Below, in pieces: positions 31,427 to 40,619 of a stretch of DNA of 64,000 nucleotides. Under the pieces are notes generated by a model, which made no database searches, had not been told where the DNA came from, and worked only from the letters and a program-made list of their open reading frames with translations. Position 1 is the first letter of the stretch. Each line of letters starts with the position of its first letter. A program made the translations under genes and the position numbers. Origin of the DNA: an uncultured bacterium (lineage in GTDB: Bacteria; Krumholzibacteriota; Krumholzibacteriia; JACNKJ01); assembly GCA_963695095.1 (NCBI GenBank), contig CAVOFT010000001.1, forward strand, positions 32,001 to 96,000, read 5' to 3'.

Positions 31427-33686
31427 ATGCAGGACTTCGACGCTCACGTCGCCGAGATCGCGGCCTGGTTCGCCTCGCCCCGCTTCGCGGGCATCACCCG
31501 TCTCTACGATGCCTGCGACGTCGCCGAGCAGCGCGGAACGATTCCGCACGACTACACCGTCGCCCGCCTCGCGGCGGAGGCCTTCTTCGCGCGCCTGCGC
31601 GAGCTCTTCGGCCGGCGGCAGGCCATCACCACCTTCGGCCCCTACTCGCCGGGCCAGGCGGTGGCGATGAAGCGCCTGGGCATCGAGGCCATCTACCTGG
31701 GCGGCTGGGCCACTTCGGCCAAGGGTTCCCACGATGAGGATCCCGGGGCGGACCTCGCCAGCTATCCCCTCGGCCGCGTGCCGGACGAGGCGGCGCCCAT
31801 CGTGCGCGCCCTGCTCGCCGCCGACAGGAACCAGCGCTTCGCCTGGGCGCGCCTGACGCCCGCAGCAGCGCACGGCGGCAGCGCAGGTGGATTTCCGACC
31901 CTTCATCATCGCCGACGCCGACACCGGCCACGGCGGCGACGCCCACGTGCGCAACCTGATCCGCCGCTTCGTGGAGGTCGGCGTGCCCGGCTACCACATC
32001 GAGGACCAGAAGCCGGGGGTCAAGAAGTGCGGACACCAGGGCGGCAAGGTGCTCTCGCCCACGGACGAGCAGCTCAAGCGGCTGAACGCCGCGCGCTTCC
32101 AGCTGGACATCATGGACGTGCCCGGCCTCATCGTCGCGCGCACGGACGCCGAGGCCGCGACCTTCCTCGACGGACGCGGCGATGAGCGCGACCAGCCCTT
32201 CATCCTCGGCGCCACGCGGCGGGACCTGCCCAGCTACAAGGCCGGCTACGTGGCCCTGCTCCACCGTCTGGCCGCCGCCGGCCTCGCCGAAGTGCGCGGC
32301 CACCTGCTCTTCGCGGTCTCCGCCGGCGAGCTGGCCGCGGCCGCGGCCTGGCTCGAGCGGGCCGGCCTGGGCCTCCTCGTCGACGAAGCCGCGGCGGCCC
32401 ATCGCGCCGACGCGAGTGGCGGCCTCGATGCGCTGCTCGACGCCCTGGACACGCGCTACGCCGAGCTCTGGCAGGCGCAGGCCGGCCTGAAGACCTACGG
32501 CCACGCCGTGGCGGACGTGATCGCCTTCCGCGCGAGCGAGGGCGAGAGCTTCGCGTGGAGCAGCGAGGAGTGGCTGGCCTTCGCCGGCCGGGCCTCGCAT
32601 TACGAGGCCCGCGAGCGGGCCCGCGAGCTGGGCATCCAGGTCATCTGGGACTGCGAGCTGCCCAAGACGCCCGAGGGCTACTACCCGATCGAGGCCGGCA
32701 TCGAGTTCGCCATCGCCCGTTCGCTGGCGGCGGCGCCCTTCGCCGATCTGCTCTGGATGGAGACGAAGACCGCCGACCTCGCCGATGCCCGCCACTTCGC
32801 CGAGGCCATTCACGCCGTGTTCCCCGACAAGCTGCTCGCCTACAACCTGTCGCCCTCCTTCAACTGGGACACGACCGGCATGAGCGACGAGCAGATGCGC
32901 CGCTTCCCCGAAGAGCTCGGCAAGCTGGGCTACGTGTTCAACTTCATCACCTATGGCGGTCACCAGATCGACGGCCTCGCCGCCGAGGAGTTCGCCCAGG
33001 CCCTGCGGCAGGACGGCATGCTGGCCCTGGCTCGCCTGCAGCGGCGCTTCCGCCTCGTCGAGTCGCCCTATCGCACGCCCCAGACCCTGGTCGGCGGCCC
33101 GCGCCTGGACGGCGCGCTGATGGCCTCGACGGGACGGACGGCCAACACCAAGGCGATGGGCAAGGGTTCCACGCAGTTCCAGCACCTCGTGCAAACAGAG
33201 GTGCCCACCAAGCTGCTCATGGAGTGGCTCCAGCTTTGGGCTGCGCACAACAAGTTGCCGCACCCTTTGCGCGTGGAGCTCAAGCCCTCCAGCGCGGGGG
33301 CCGAGCTGCTGGAGCTGGCCATCGTGGATGCCGGCGGCGAGAAGATGGCCAACGTGGTCTTCGCGAGCATTCGCGACCGCCGCGAACGCAGCCTGCTATC
33401 GATCCGCGACCAGAACACCTACACCGAGGCGCTGCGCCAGAAGCGCTTGATGACCCTGACGCACCTCTACCTCATCCACCGCTATCAGGCCGTGTCGCTG
33501 CACTACGTGAGTCCCACCGAGGACAACCACTACCAGACGCAGAAGATGCTGGCGCAGGGCCTCTTCACGGACGTGCACAGCGAGATCGGCCACATCATCG
33601 TGGCCGAGGTGAATGCGCCGCGCGTGGAGGCGCTGCTGGCGGCCGACCAGAATGCACTGCGGGCTCTGATCGAGAAGCGCGCCTAG
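31427..33686 (+). CDS. aceA: isocitrate lyase, long ICL2-type; one apparent +1 frameshift near 31860
   Basis: YLGGW, PDLA-like [46 protein letters not shown]-terminal [24 protein letters not shown]; 2260 nt = 3n+1. Confidence 0.92.
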
Positions 33687-34132
33687 TCGAACCAGAAGCG
33701 CAGGCCGAGCCCCGCGTTCAGGCTGAAGTCGGTGTCGGGCGCCAGGTCCATGATCGGCACCAGCTCGAAGAAGAAGTCGAAGCGGTTGCGATCGAAGGCA
33801 TAGGCGATGCCGATCGGGAAGCGGGCGCCGATCAGCTCGTCATTGTCGATCAGCTTCACCCGCGCGCCGATGCCCAGGTAGGTGGGCAGACCCTCGCCGT
33901 CCACCTCGATCCAATCGTAGCGGTGAAAGAGGATGTCGCCGTGCAGGTGCAGGGCGTCCTCGCCCTCGAAGGACCAGGCGGCGGCCAGGTCGATGGCCTT
34001 GCTGCGCCCCGTCCAGTGCTTGAGGCTGAGACCCGTGGGCTCGCCGATGATGAGGCCGAGCCCGGTGTCGCCGGCGGCGGCGGGTAGCGCGGCGGCGAGC
34101 AGGGCACAGGCGAGGATGAGACGGCGAAGCAT
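33683..34132 (-). CDS. small outer-membrane beta-barrel (DUF3996-like)
   Basis: Signal peptide, [27 protein letters not shown]-terminal GLRFWF. Confidence 0.75.
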   Translation of the reverse strand: MLRRLILACALLAAALPAAAGDTGLGLIIGEPTGLSLKHWTGRSKAIDLAAAWSFEGEDALHLHGDILFHRYDWIEVDGEGLPTYLGIGARVKLIDNDELIGARFPIGIAYAFDRNRFDFFFELVPIMDLAPDTDFSLNAGLGLRFWFD

Positions 34133-34264
34133 GGCTTACCTCCGGGTCGGGTGGGCAGGCAGACAAGATAGCGAAGGCGGGCCGCCCTGACCAGGGTTCT
34201 CGAATCCCACACTCGCGGCGCATTGCCGCTTGAGGCGCCAGGCCCGCGGCCCTATCGTGGGGCC

Positions 34265-35950
34265 ATGACGCCCAAGCTGCTGCTCGCTCGCGAAGTCGTC
34301 CTCTGCGGCCCCGCCGGTCCGCTCGTCTTCGGCGGGCGCGCGCCCATCGTCACGCAGACGATGGCCGTGGCGGCCACCGAGCGCACCGAGGCAGTCTACG
34401 CGGAGATCTGCGAGCTGGCCGCGGCCGGCGCCGAGCTGGTGCGCGTGACCGTGCAGAGCCCGCGCATCGCCGAGAGCCTGGCGCCCCTGCGCGCGAAGCT
34501 GGACGCGGCGGGGGTCAAGGTGCCCCTGGTCGCCGACATCCACTTCAGCCCCGAGGCGGCGCTGCGCGCGGCGGATTTCGTCGAAAAAGTGCGCATCAAC
34601 CCGGGCAACTTCGCTGACAGCCGGCAGCCGCGCAGTTCGCCCTACACGGACGCCGAATACGCTACCGAACTGGCCAGAATCGCGGAGCGATTCTTGCCCC
34701 TTGTCGACGCCTGCCGCCGCCAGCGCCGCGTGCTGCGCATCGGCAGCAACCACGGCTCGCTTTCCCAGCGCATCCTCTCGCGCTACGGCGATACGCCGCT
34801 GGGCATGGTGGAGGCCGCGCTCGAGTACGTGCGCCTGGCCGAGGGCGCGGGCTATTCCGAGCTGGTGATTTCGATGAAGGCCAGCCACGTGGGCGTCATG
34901 GTGGAGGCCTACCGCCTGCTCGCGCTCGCCATGTTGCGCCGAGCCGAGGCGGGCGAGGGCGAGGTCTACCCCGTGCACCTGGGCGTCACCGAGGCGGGCG
35001 AGGGCGAGGACGCGCGCTTGAAGAGCTACATCGGCATGGGCGCCTTGCTCGAACTGGGCATCGGCGACACCGTGCGCGTTTCGCTCACCGAGAACGCGAT
35101 CCAGGAGCTGCCGGCGACCCGCGTGCTGGCCGGACGCTACTCGGATCGACGCACCCAGGCGGACCCCTGGACGGCGGCCGACCTCGCCGCCGAGTATGCC
35201 GAGCGCGAGAGCGACCCCGCGACCGGCGCGCTGCCGCGCGACGAGACCCTGGCCGGCCTGGATCCCGAAGCCCGGGCGCTGCACTTTCCCGTCACCCTGG
35301 TGCCGCAGCACTGGCAGCCCTCGATCCAGGAGCTGCTCGACCTCAAGTGGAAGCCCCTGCCGCCGGATCACGTGCGCATCGACGAGCTGGGGCGCCTGGG
35401 GCTCGTGATCGTGCCCCGCGGCATCAGCGCGCGTCTGGCCGAGCAGCGCCTCGAGGTGGAAGTCCGCGAGCGCACGCTGCTGGAGCTGGCCATCAGCGCG
35501 GGGGTCCCCCTCCTCGAGGGGCGCGCGCGCCGGGTGGCCGTGGAGGCCTCGACAGCGGAAGAAGCCGTGCGGGGCGTCGAGCTGGGCTACGCGCTCCTGC
35601 AGACCACGCGCCTGCGCATGAGCCGCGCGGACTTCATCAGTTGCCCCTCCTGCGGACGCACCCACTTCGACCTGCAAGCCGCCACCCGCCGCATCCGCGC
35701 GCGCTTCGGCCACCTGGAGGGCGTCAAGATCGCCATCATGGGCTGCGTGGTGAACGGCCCCGGCGAGATGGCCGACGCCGATTTCGGCTACGTGGGCGCC
35801 GCTCCGGGCCGCGTGGACCTCTACCTCGGCCGCGAGTGCCTGGAGCGCGGCATTCCCGAAGCCCAGGCCGTCGATCGCCTGCAGGCCCTGCTCGCCCTGC
35901 ACGGCGTCTGGCGCGAGTCGCCGGCTGCCGACCCGGAAGAGGGGCGATGA
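34265..35950 (+). CDS. ispG: (E)-4-hydroxy-3-methylbut-2-enyl-diphosphate synthase, long form
   Basis: PLVADIHF, VRINPGN, RIG.NHGSL, HLGVTEAG, GIGDT.RVSLT, CPSCGR, MGCVVNGPGE; TTGAGG-N17-TATCGT-N6-ATG upstream. Confidence 0.95.
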   Translation: MTPKLLLAREVVLCGPAGPLVFGGRAPIVTQTMAVAATERTEAVYAEICELAAAGAELVRVTVQSPRIAESLAPLRAKLDAAGVKVPLVADIHFSPEAALRAADFVEKVRINPGNFADSRQPRSSPYTDAEYATELARIAERFLPLVDACRRQRRVLRIGSNHGSLSQRILSRYGDTPLGMVEAALEYVRLAEGAGYSELVISMKASHVGVMVEAYRLLALAMLRRAEAGEGEVYPVHLGVTEAGEGEDARLKSYIGMGALLELGIGDTVRVSLTENAIQELPATRVLAGRYSDRRTQADPWTAADLAAEYAERESDPATGALPRDETLAGLDPEARALHFPVTLVPQHWQPSIQELLDLKWKPLPPDHVRIDELGRLGLVIVPRGISARLAEQRLEVEVRERTLLELAISAGVPLLEGRARRVAVEASTAEEAVRGVELGYALLQTTRLRMSRADFISCPSCGRTHFDLQAATRRIRARFGHLEGVKIAIMGCVVNGPGEMADADFGYVGAAPGRVDLYLGRECLERGIPEAQAVDRLQALLALHGVWRESPAADPEEGR

Positions 35951-36744
35951 GCGCGCTCGTCGTCGTGCTGCTCTGCCTGCCGATCGCCGTGCTGGCCTCG
36001 ATGGTGGGCATCGGCGGCGGCGTCTTCGTCGTGCCGCTCTGGCTGGCGGCCGGCTTCAGCTTCGTGGCCGCCAGCAGCGCTTCGCTGGTGATGACCACGG
36101 CCCTGGGCGCTTCGGCCGCCGTCGTCTACCTGCGCAAGGGCTTGGTCGAGCCGGCGCTCGTCTTCACCATCGGTCCGGCGGCCTGGCTGGTCAGCTTCGC
36201 CTCCGGCTTTCTCTCGGGGCATCTCGATGAACGGCTCTTGCGCGGCGCCTTCGCCTGCGTGCTGCTGGGCCTGTCCCTCTTGCTCTTCAAGCAGCCGCAG
36301 GCCAGGGGACAGGCGCCGGCAGCGACAGGCGGGCGCTGGTCGCTGCGCCGCGAGCGCGAGGGCGAGGTCTACTTCATCCCGCTCGTCGGCGCCGCCGGCG
36401 CTGGCGCCTTGGCCGGCCTCCTCGCTGGTCTCTTCGGCATCGGCGGCGGCGTGCTGATCGTGCCCATCCTCACCCTCGCCTTCCGCATTCCCATCCATAT
36501 CGCAGTGGCCTCGTCGTCCCTGTTGCTCGCCCTCACCTCGGTGTTCGGCGCGAGCGGGCACGCCCTGGCCGGCCACATCGACTGGCTGCCTGCACTGGCC
36601 GCGGCGGCCACGGCTGTGCTGGGCGCCCAGCTCGGCGCCCGCCTCACTTCGCGCCTGAAGCCGCACCACCTGCGGCGACTGCTCGCACTGGTGCTGTTCG
36701 CGGTGGCGCTCTGGATCGGAATCGGAGTGCTCAGGCAGGGCTAG
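35947..36744 (+). CDS. TauE/SafE (TSUP) family permease
   Basis: Two GIGGG..VP motifs, about 8 TMs; ATGA overlap with ispG. Confidence 0.9.
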   Translation: MSALVVVLLCLPIAVLASMVGIGGGVFVVPLWLAAGFSFVAASSASLVMTTALGASAAVVYLRKGLVEPALVFTIGPAAWLVSFASGFLSGHLDERLLRGAFACVLLGLSLLLFKQPQARGQAPAATGGRWSLRREREGEVYFIPLVGAAGAGALAGLLAGLFGIGGGVLIVPILTLAFRIPIHIAVASSSLLLALTSVFGASGHALAGHIDWLPALAAAATAVLGAQLGARLTSRLKPHHLRRLLALVLFAVALWIGIGVLRQG

Positions 36745-37043
36745 GTTCCGGACCGCGGCGGCCAGAGCCTCCCGCCGAGCAGTTGGCCCGCCACGGCGAA
36801 GACCAGCGTCAGCGCCACGAACCACAGCGAGAGACCTAGCAGGCGCCTGAGCACGAAGGCGAAGGGAATGGGGGCATGGATGGAGAGGATCCAGCTCCAG
36901 CTTCGCTTGCGCGCGTGGACGCGCCAGCCCCCGGCAGGCAAGTTGAGCGCGAAGGCGCTGAGGGCGAGCAGCCCGGCGCGAAGCATCAGCGGCAGCGAGC
37001 CCGGCGAGTGGATGGCCTGGGGCAGCGCGGCAAGGGCGCTCAC
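36741..37043 (-). CDS. small membrane hypothetical protein
   Basis: NLP.G.WR...K.S..W...IH.PIP..GQLLGG; GTGA overlap with selD stop. Confidence 0.65.
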   Translation of the reverse strand: MSALAALPQAIHSPGSLPLMLRAGLLALSAFALNLPAGGWRVHARKRSWSWILSIHAPIPFAFVLRRLLGLSLWFVALTLVFAVAGQLLGGRLWPPRSGT

Positions 37044-38134
37044 GCCAGCACCAGGGTCCCCGGCTGGCCGGACTCGACGCTGCCGATGAGCACCGCCTCG
37101 GCCACGCCTCCCGCCTGCAGCGCCGCGAGCAGGGCCTCGGCTTCGGCCTCCGCCACGGCGATGAGCAGGCCGCCGCTGGTCTGCGCGTCGCAGGCCAGCC
37201 ACAGCTGCGCCTCGCTCACCCCGGCGCCGCGCTTCAGGTGCGGCTCCACCGCCTTGCGGTTCGCGCGGCTGCCGCCGCAGAGCAGATCCTTCGCGATCAT
37301 CGCCAGGGCCTGCGGGTAGGCGGGCAGGGCCGCCGCTGACAGGTGGAAGCAGAGGCCCGCGCCGCGGGCCATCTCGAGCGCGTGGCCGGCCAGACCGTAG
37401 CCCGTGACGTCGGTGAGCGCGTGCACGCCGCGGGTGGCCGGCTCGCCGCGATCGGCGGCGCCGTCGGCGACGAAGGCGTCCAGCACTTCGGCTGCGCGCT
37501 TGTTGAGCCGCATCATGCCCGCCACGGCAGGGGCGACATCGTCATCGCCGAGCTCGCCCTTGCCGCGGCCGGCGAAGAGCGTGGCCGTGCCCAGGGGCTT
37601 GGTGAGGATGAGCCGGTCGCCGACCCGCGCGCCGGCGTTGGTGAGCACGCGGCGGGGGTGCACCAGGCCGGTCACGGCCAGGCCGTACTTCAGCTCGGCA
37701 TCCTTGATCGTGTGCCCGCCGGCCAGCGCCGCGCCCGCCTCGCGGATGGCCTCGTAGCCGCCCTCGAGGATGCGGGCCAGCTCGGCCTTGGGCAGCTGCG
37801 TCGGCGGGAAGCAGCAGATGTTCAGGGCGGTCACGGGCCGGCCGCCCATGGCATAGACGTCGCTCAGCGAATTGGCGGCGGCGATGCGGCCGAAGGTGAA
37901 GGGGTCCTCGACGATGGGCGTGATGAAGTCCAGGGTCTGCACGAGGGCCAGCTCGGGCGAGAGACGATAGACCCCGGCATCGTCCGAGGTGTCGAGGCCC
38001 ACGAGCAGGTTCTCGACACGCTCGGCCCGGATGTGGCCGATGATCTCGCGCAGGTCCTCCGGACCCATCTTGGCGCTTCAGCCGCCGGCCGAAGCGAAGT
38101 CCGTGAGGCTGCAGCGCAGCCCCTCGTCGCTCAC
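37040..38134 (-). CDS. selD: selenophosphate synthetase with selenocysteine (in-frame TGA, codon 19, 38078-38080)
   Basis: GTG with GGGAG RBS gives MSDEGLRCSLTDFASAGG-U-SAKMGP; DDAGVY, DFITP, ANSLSDVYAMGG, GGHT, TDVTGYGL.GH, QTSGGLL. Confidence 0.93.
38047..38077 (-). promoter_or_regulatory. candidate bacterial SECIS hairpin
   Basis: After UGA: GCGC..GGUCC-GGA-GGACC..GCGC, G-containing apical loop about 17 nt downstream. Confidence 0.6.
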
Positions 38135-38166
38135 GGGCGCTCCCTTCTCGTGGCCTGTTACACCGC

Positions 38167-38230
38167 AAGATACCGCAGCCGCCGGGCCTGTCAATCGAGG
38201 CATTGACAGGCCGCCGGGGCGGCTTTTCTT
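38167..38230. promoter_or_regulatory. back-to-back promoters in an 11-bp inverted repeat
   Basis: GGCCTGTCAAT-N6-ATTGACAGGCC; minus TTGACA-N16-TATCTT (selD), plus TTGACA-N16-TTTCTT (rex, weaker). Confidence 0.6.
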
Positions 38231-38279
38231 GTATTCAGGATTCGGCGCTCCTCTATGGGGCCGGCGGAGGCGGGCGAGC

Positions 38280-38936
38280 ATGAGCATCCGGCAGGACAAG
38301 ATCCCCGCAGCCACGCTGCAGCGCCTGCCGGTCTACCTCTACCGCCTGCAGACGCTGCAGGCGGACGGTGTGGGCCGGGTGAGCAGCCGGACGCTGGCGG
38401 CCCAGTTGCGCATCAACTCCTCGCGCCTGAGGCAGGACTTCCACCACTTCGGCGGCTTCAGCCGCCCGGGCCAGGCCTACGAGGTGGCGCATCTCGTCGA
38501 GCGCCTGCGGGAGATCCTCGCCCTCGGCCAGGCGGTGGACTACGTGATCGCCGGCGCCGGCTACCTGGGCCAGGCGATCGCCGCCTATCCGCGCTTCGAG
38601 GAGGACGGCTTTCGCCTGGCCGGCATCTTCGACATCAATCCCAAGCTCATCGGCCTGCGCTTCCGCGGCGTGGCCGTGCAGGATCTCGAACTGCTGCCCG
38701 CGCTGGTGGGGCGACTCGGCGTCAAGCTCGGCGTGATCACGACCTCCCCCGAGGCGGCCCAGAGCGTCGCCGAGCGGATGGTGGCGGCCGGCATCACCGG
38801 CATCTGGAACTTCGCGCCGGTGGGCCTGCAGGTCCCCGAGGGCGTCACGCTGCAGGACGAGTTCCTCTCGGCCGGGCTGATGGCCCTGCACTACCGCATG
38901 CAGGAGGGCGAGCGCGGACCCGAGCGCCGGCGCTGA
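38280..38936 (+). CDS. rex: redox-sensing transcriptional repressor
   Basis: IP.AT..RLP.Y, SS..LA, R.DF..FG.F, GAG.LG.A, FD.NP..IG, IWNFAP. Confidence 0.9.
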   Translation: MSIRQDKIPAATLQRLPVYLYRLQTLQADGVGRVSSRTLAAQLRINSSRLRQDFHHFGGFSRPGQAYEVAHLVERLREILALGQAVDYVIAGAGYLGQAIAAYPRFEEDGFRLAGIFDINPKLIGLRFRGVAVQDLELLPALVGRLGVKLGVITTSPEAAQSVAERMVAAGITGIWNFAPVGLQVPEGVTLQDEFLSAGLMALHYRMQEGERGPERRR

Positions 38937-38941
38937 GCGCG

Positions 38942-38969
38942 AAAAACCCCGGGGCGATCGCCCCGGGGT
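38942..38969 (-). terminator. intrinsic terminator with U-tract on minus strand (may also stop rex)
   Basis: ACCCCGGGGCG-AT-CGCCCCGGGGT with AAAAA on the plus-strand left side. Confidence 0.8.
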
Positions 38970-39059
38970 CCGCCTTGCTACCCTTTGTGTATCCTGGCCA
39001 CGGGAGGAGCGGAATCCGTTCCGCCTTCTAGCCTCCGCCCTGCGACGTGCTTCCCACGC
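38942..39059 (-). ncRNA. putative ~118-nt small RNA, GGA-rich
   Basis: TTGCCG-N17-TATACT (39093-39065, extended TG-n) upstream, terminator downstream, no convincing ORF, six GGA motifs. Confidence 0.6.
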
Positions 39060-39451
39060 AGACCAGTATAGCAGGCCCCTGCCGGCGCGGCAAGCCTTCC
39101 GATCGCGTATCGTGATGATGTGCAACGGGTTAGATTCCCAATTCGCCCTCGAAATGCCCCATCGGGGCCCATGGGGGCGAGGGCTTCGCCGGGGCGATCT
39201 GGGAGATCACGCCCACTTGCCCCTAGCGGGTCGCGCCGGGTGGAGCCGCTGCGGGAGGTGGCGGTTAAGCCGCTATTTGGCAATGGCTTGGGTGACTCAT
39301 TCGGCAGGGTCCGCGTGTCCTGCAACTCTGCGTCCGCTTCGATGTCCGCCTTGCGATTGAGACCCCATGGCCCGATAGTGCATAATCACGGCAGGTCGGA
39401 GCTCCTCTAGCAGCATCCTCCAGCTCGCCAGTGCCACGGGAGTGCGCATCG

Positions 39452-39943
39452 ATGTCCATTCGCGCGGGTTCAAGCACGGTTGCCCTCGCCGCCCTGGCGC
39501 TGTGGTTGGCGCTGTGGCCTGCAGCCGATGCGATCACCGGCGCCTCGAACACCGTGCTGGACCTGTCGTCCCCCGGCGCCGCCCCGACCGCCCATTGCGC
39601 CGACGCCCCGGACGAGCTTTCGGATTGCGCCAGCGCCCCCTCGTGCAGCCGGATGCTCGCAGCGAATCAGGGCGCCAAGGCCTGCGGCGACACGCGCTCC
39701 CGCTGTGCCACGGACCCGATCCCCGACAGCGAAGGCGATCTCGCTTGCGCGGGCACGAACGCTGCCCGCTGCGGCCAGTGCCAGTGCATCGGCGGCCTCG
39801 TGCTCTTCGCCGCCTCGCCGCCCCAGTTCAGCCCCGACCTCGAGCTGGTCGGCACGCTGAGCGCCGCCCGCTTCGACGAGGCGTCACGCTGCCCACGCCC
39901 GCTGCTCCGCCCGCCGATGGCAAATCTGTCGAACACCGCCTGA
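39452..39943 (+). CDS. Cys-rich exported protein with CxxC and C-terminal RPP motif (DUF2946/CruR/CutF-like leader candidate)
   Basis: GGGAG RBS, signal peptide ending ADA, 10 Cys including CGQCQC, ends PRPLLRPPMANLSNTA; TTGAGA-N18-CATAAT at 39357-39386. Confidence 0.65.
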   Translation: MSIRAGSSTVALAALALWLALWPAADAITGASNTVLDLSSPGAAPTAHCADAPDELSDCASAPSCSRMLAANQGAKACGDTRSRCATDPIPDSEGDLACAGTNAARCGQCQCIGGLVLFAASPPQFSPDLELVGTLSAARFDEASRCPRPLLRPPMANLSNTA

Positions 39944-39996
39944 AGCGCGTGCCCTGCACGCACCACCAACACCATTGCATCGGGAGATCGATCCAC

Positions 39997-40491
39997 ATGA
40001 ATCGGAAACGCATGATTGCGCTCGCGACGGCCCTCGCCGTCATGGTCTTCGCCGCGGCCCTCGCCGTGGCCGATGAGAAGCCCGCCCCGCCGGCGCCCGC
40101 CGCCGGCTGCAGCCCTGGCTGCACCGCCACTTGCACCGGGGCCGCGAAGACGGCCGCCGTGCCGGCGGCCGCGGCACCGGCAAGTTCCGGAAGCGAGGAG
40201 GCCACGCTCAAGGCTCACATGGAAGCCTGTGTCAAGGCCTGCGCCGCAGCCTGCAAGACCGGCGACGCCAAGGCTCACATGGAGGCCTGTGCCAAGGCCT
40301 GCGCCGAAGCCTGCAAGACCGGCGACACCAAGGCTCACATGGAGGCCTGTGCCAAGGCCTGCGCCGAAGCCTGCAAGACCGGCGATGCCAAGGCCCATGC
40401 CGCAGCTTGCGCCAAGGCCTGCGCCGCGGCCTGCAAGCCCGCCAAGCTCAGCCCGAAGGATCGGGGGGCCGGCTTGACGCCGAAGCGCTAG
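39997..40491 (+). CDS. exported Cys-rich repeat protein, putative metal-binding helical bundle
   Basis: GGGAG RBS, Sec-type signal peptide (AVA-D), four KAH(M/A)(E/A)AC(V/A)KACA(A/E)ACK repeats, 15 Cys. Confidence 0.8.
   Translation: MNRKRMIALATALAVMVFAAALAVADEKPAPPAPAAGCSPGCTATCTGAAKTAAVPAAAAPASSGSEEATLKAHMEACVKACAAACKTGDAKAHMEACAKACAEACKTGDTKAHMEACAKACAEACKTGDAKAHAAACAKACAAACKPAKLSPKDRGAGLTPKR
40209..40440 (+). repeat. 60-nt coding tandem repeat, about 3.8 copies
   Basis: aaggctcacatggaggcctgtgccaaggcctgcgccgaagcctgcaagaccggcgac recurs at exactly 60-nt period. Confidence 0.95.
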
Positions 40492-40513
40492 CCGGCGAGC
40501 TTGCTGCGAAGTC

Positions 40514-40549
40514 GAGGCGCCCGCGGGCTTCACCCGCGGGCGTCTTCTT
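40514..40549 (+). terminator. intrinsic terminator
   Basis: GGCGCCCGCGGG-CTTCA-CCCGCGGGCGTC then TTCTT. Confidence 0.75.
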
Positions 40550-40619
40550 GCCCTCGAGCGCCATTGAGCCGGCAGCGGGATCGCAAGTGCGGCGCCCCGC
40601 CGGCTGTCCGCGCGGATCG

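Noticed and set aside
31840..31890. Programmed frameshift or natural split in ICL
   Set aside because: No slippery heptamer seen; same +1 pattern occurs in seven other places, which favours sequencing error
34265..35950. Long IspG with an internal insert as a novelty
   Set aside because: Long-form IspG with an inserted domain is already known from plants, Chlamydia and Bacteroidota
39120..39292. CAA-N4-TTR motifs (CAACGGGTTA, CAATGGCTTG) as IHF sites
   Set aside because: Only partial match to WATCAA-N4-TTR; too short to support
40209..40440. 60-nt repeat as a CRISPR array
   Set aside because: No unique spacers, in-frame coding repeat, no cas genes
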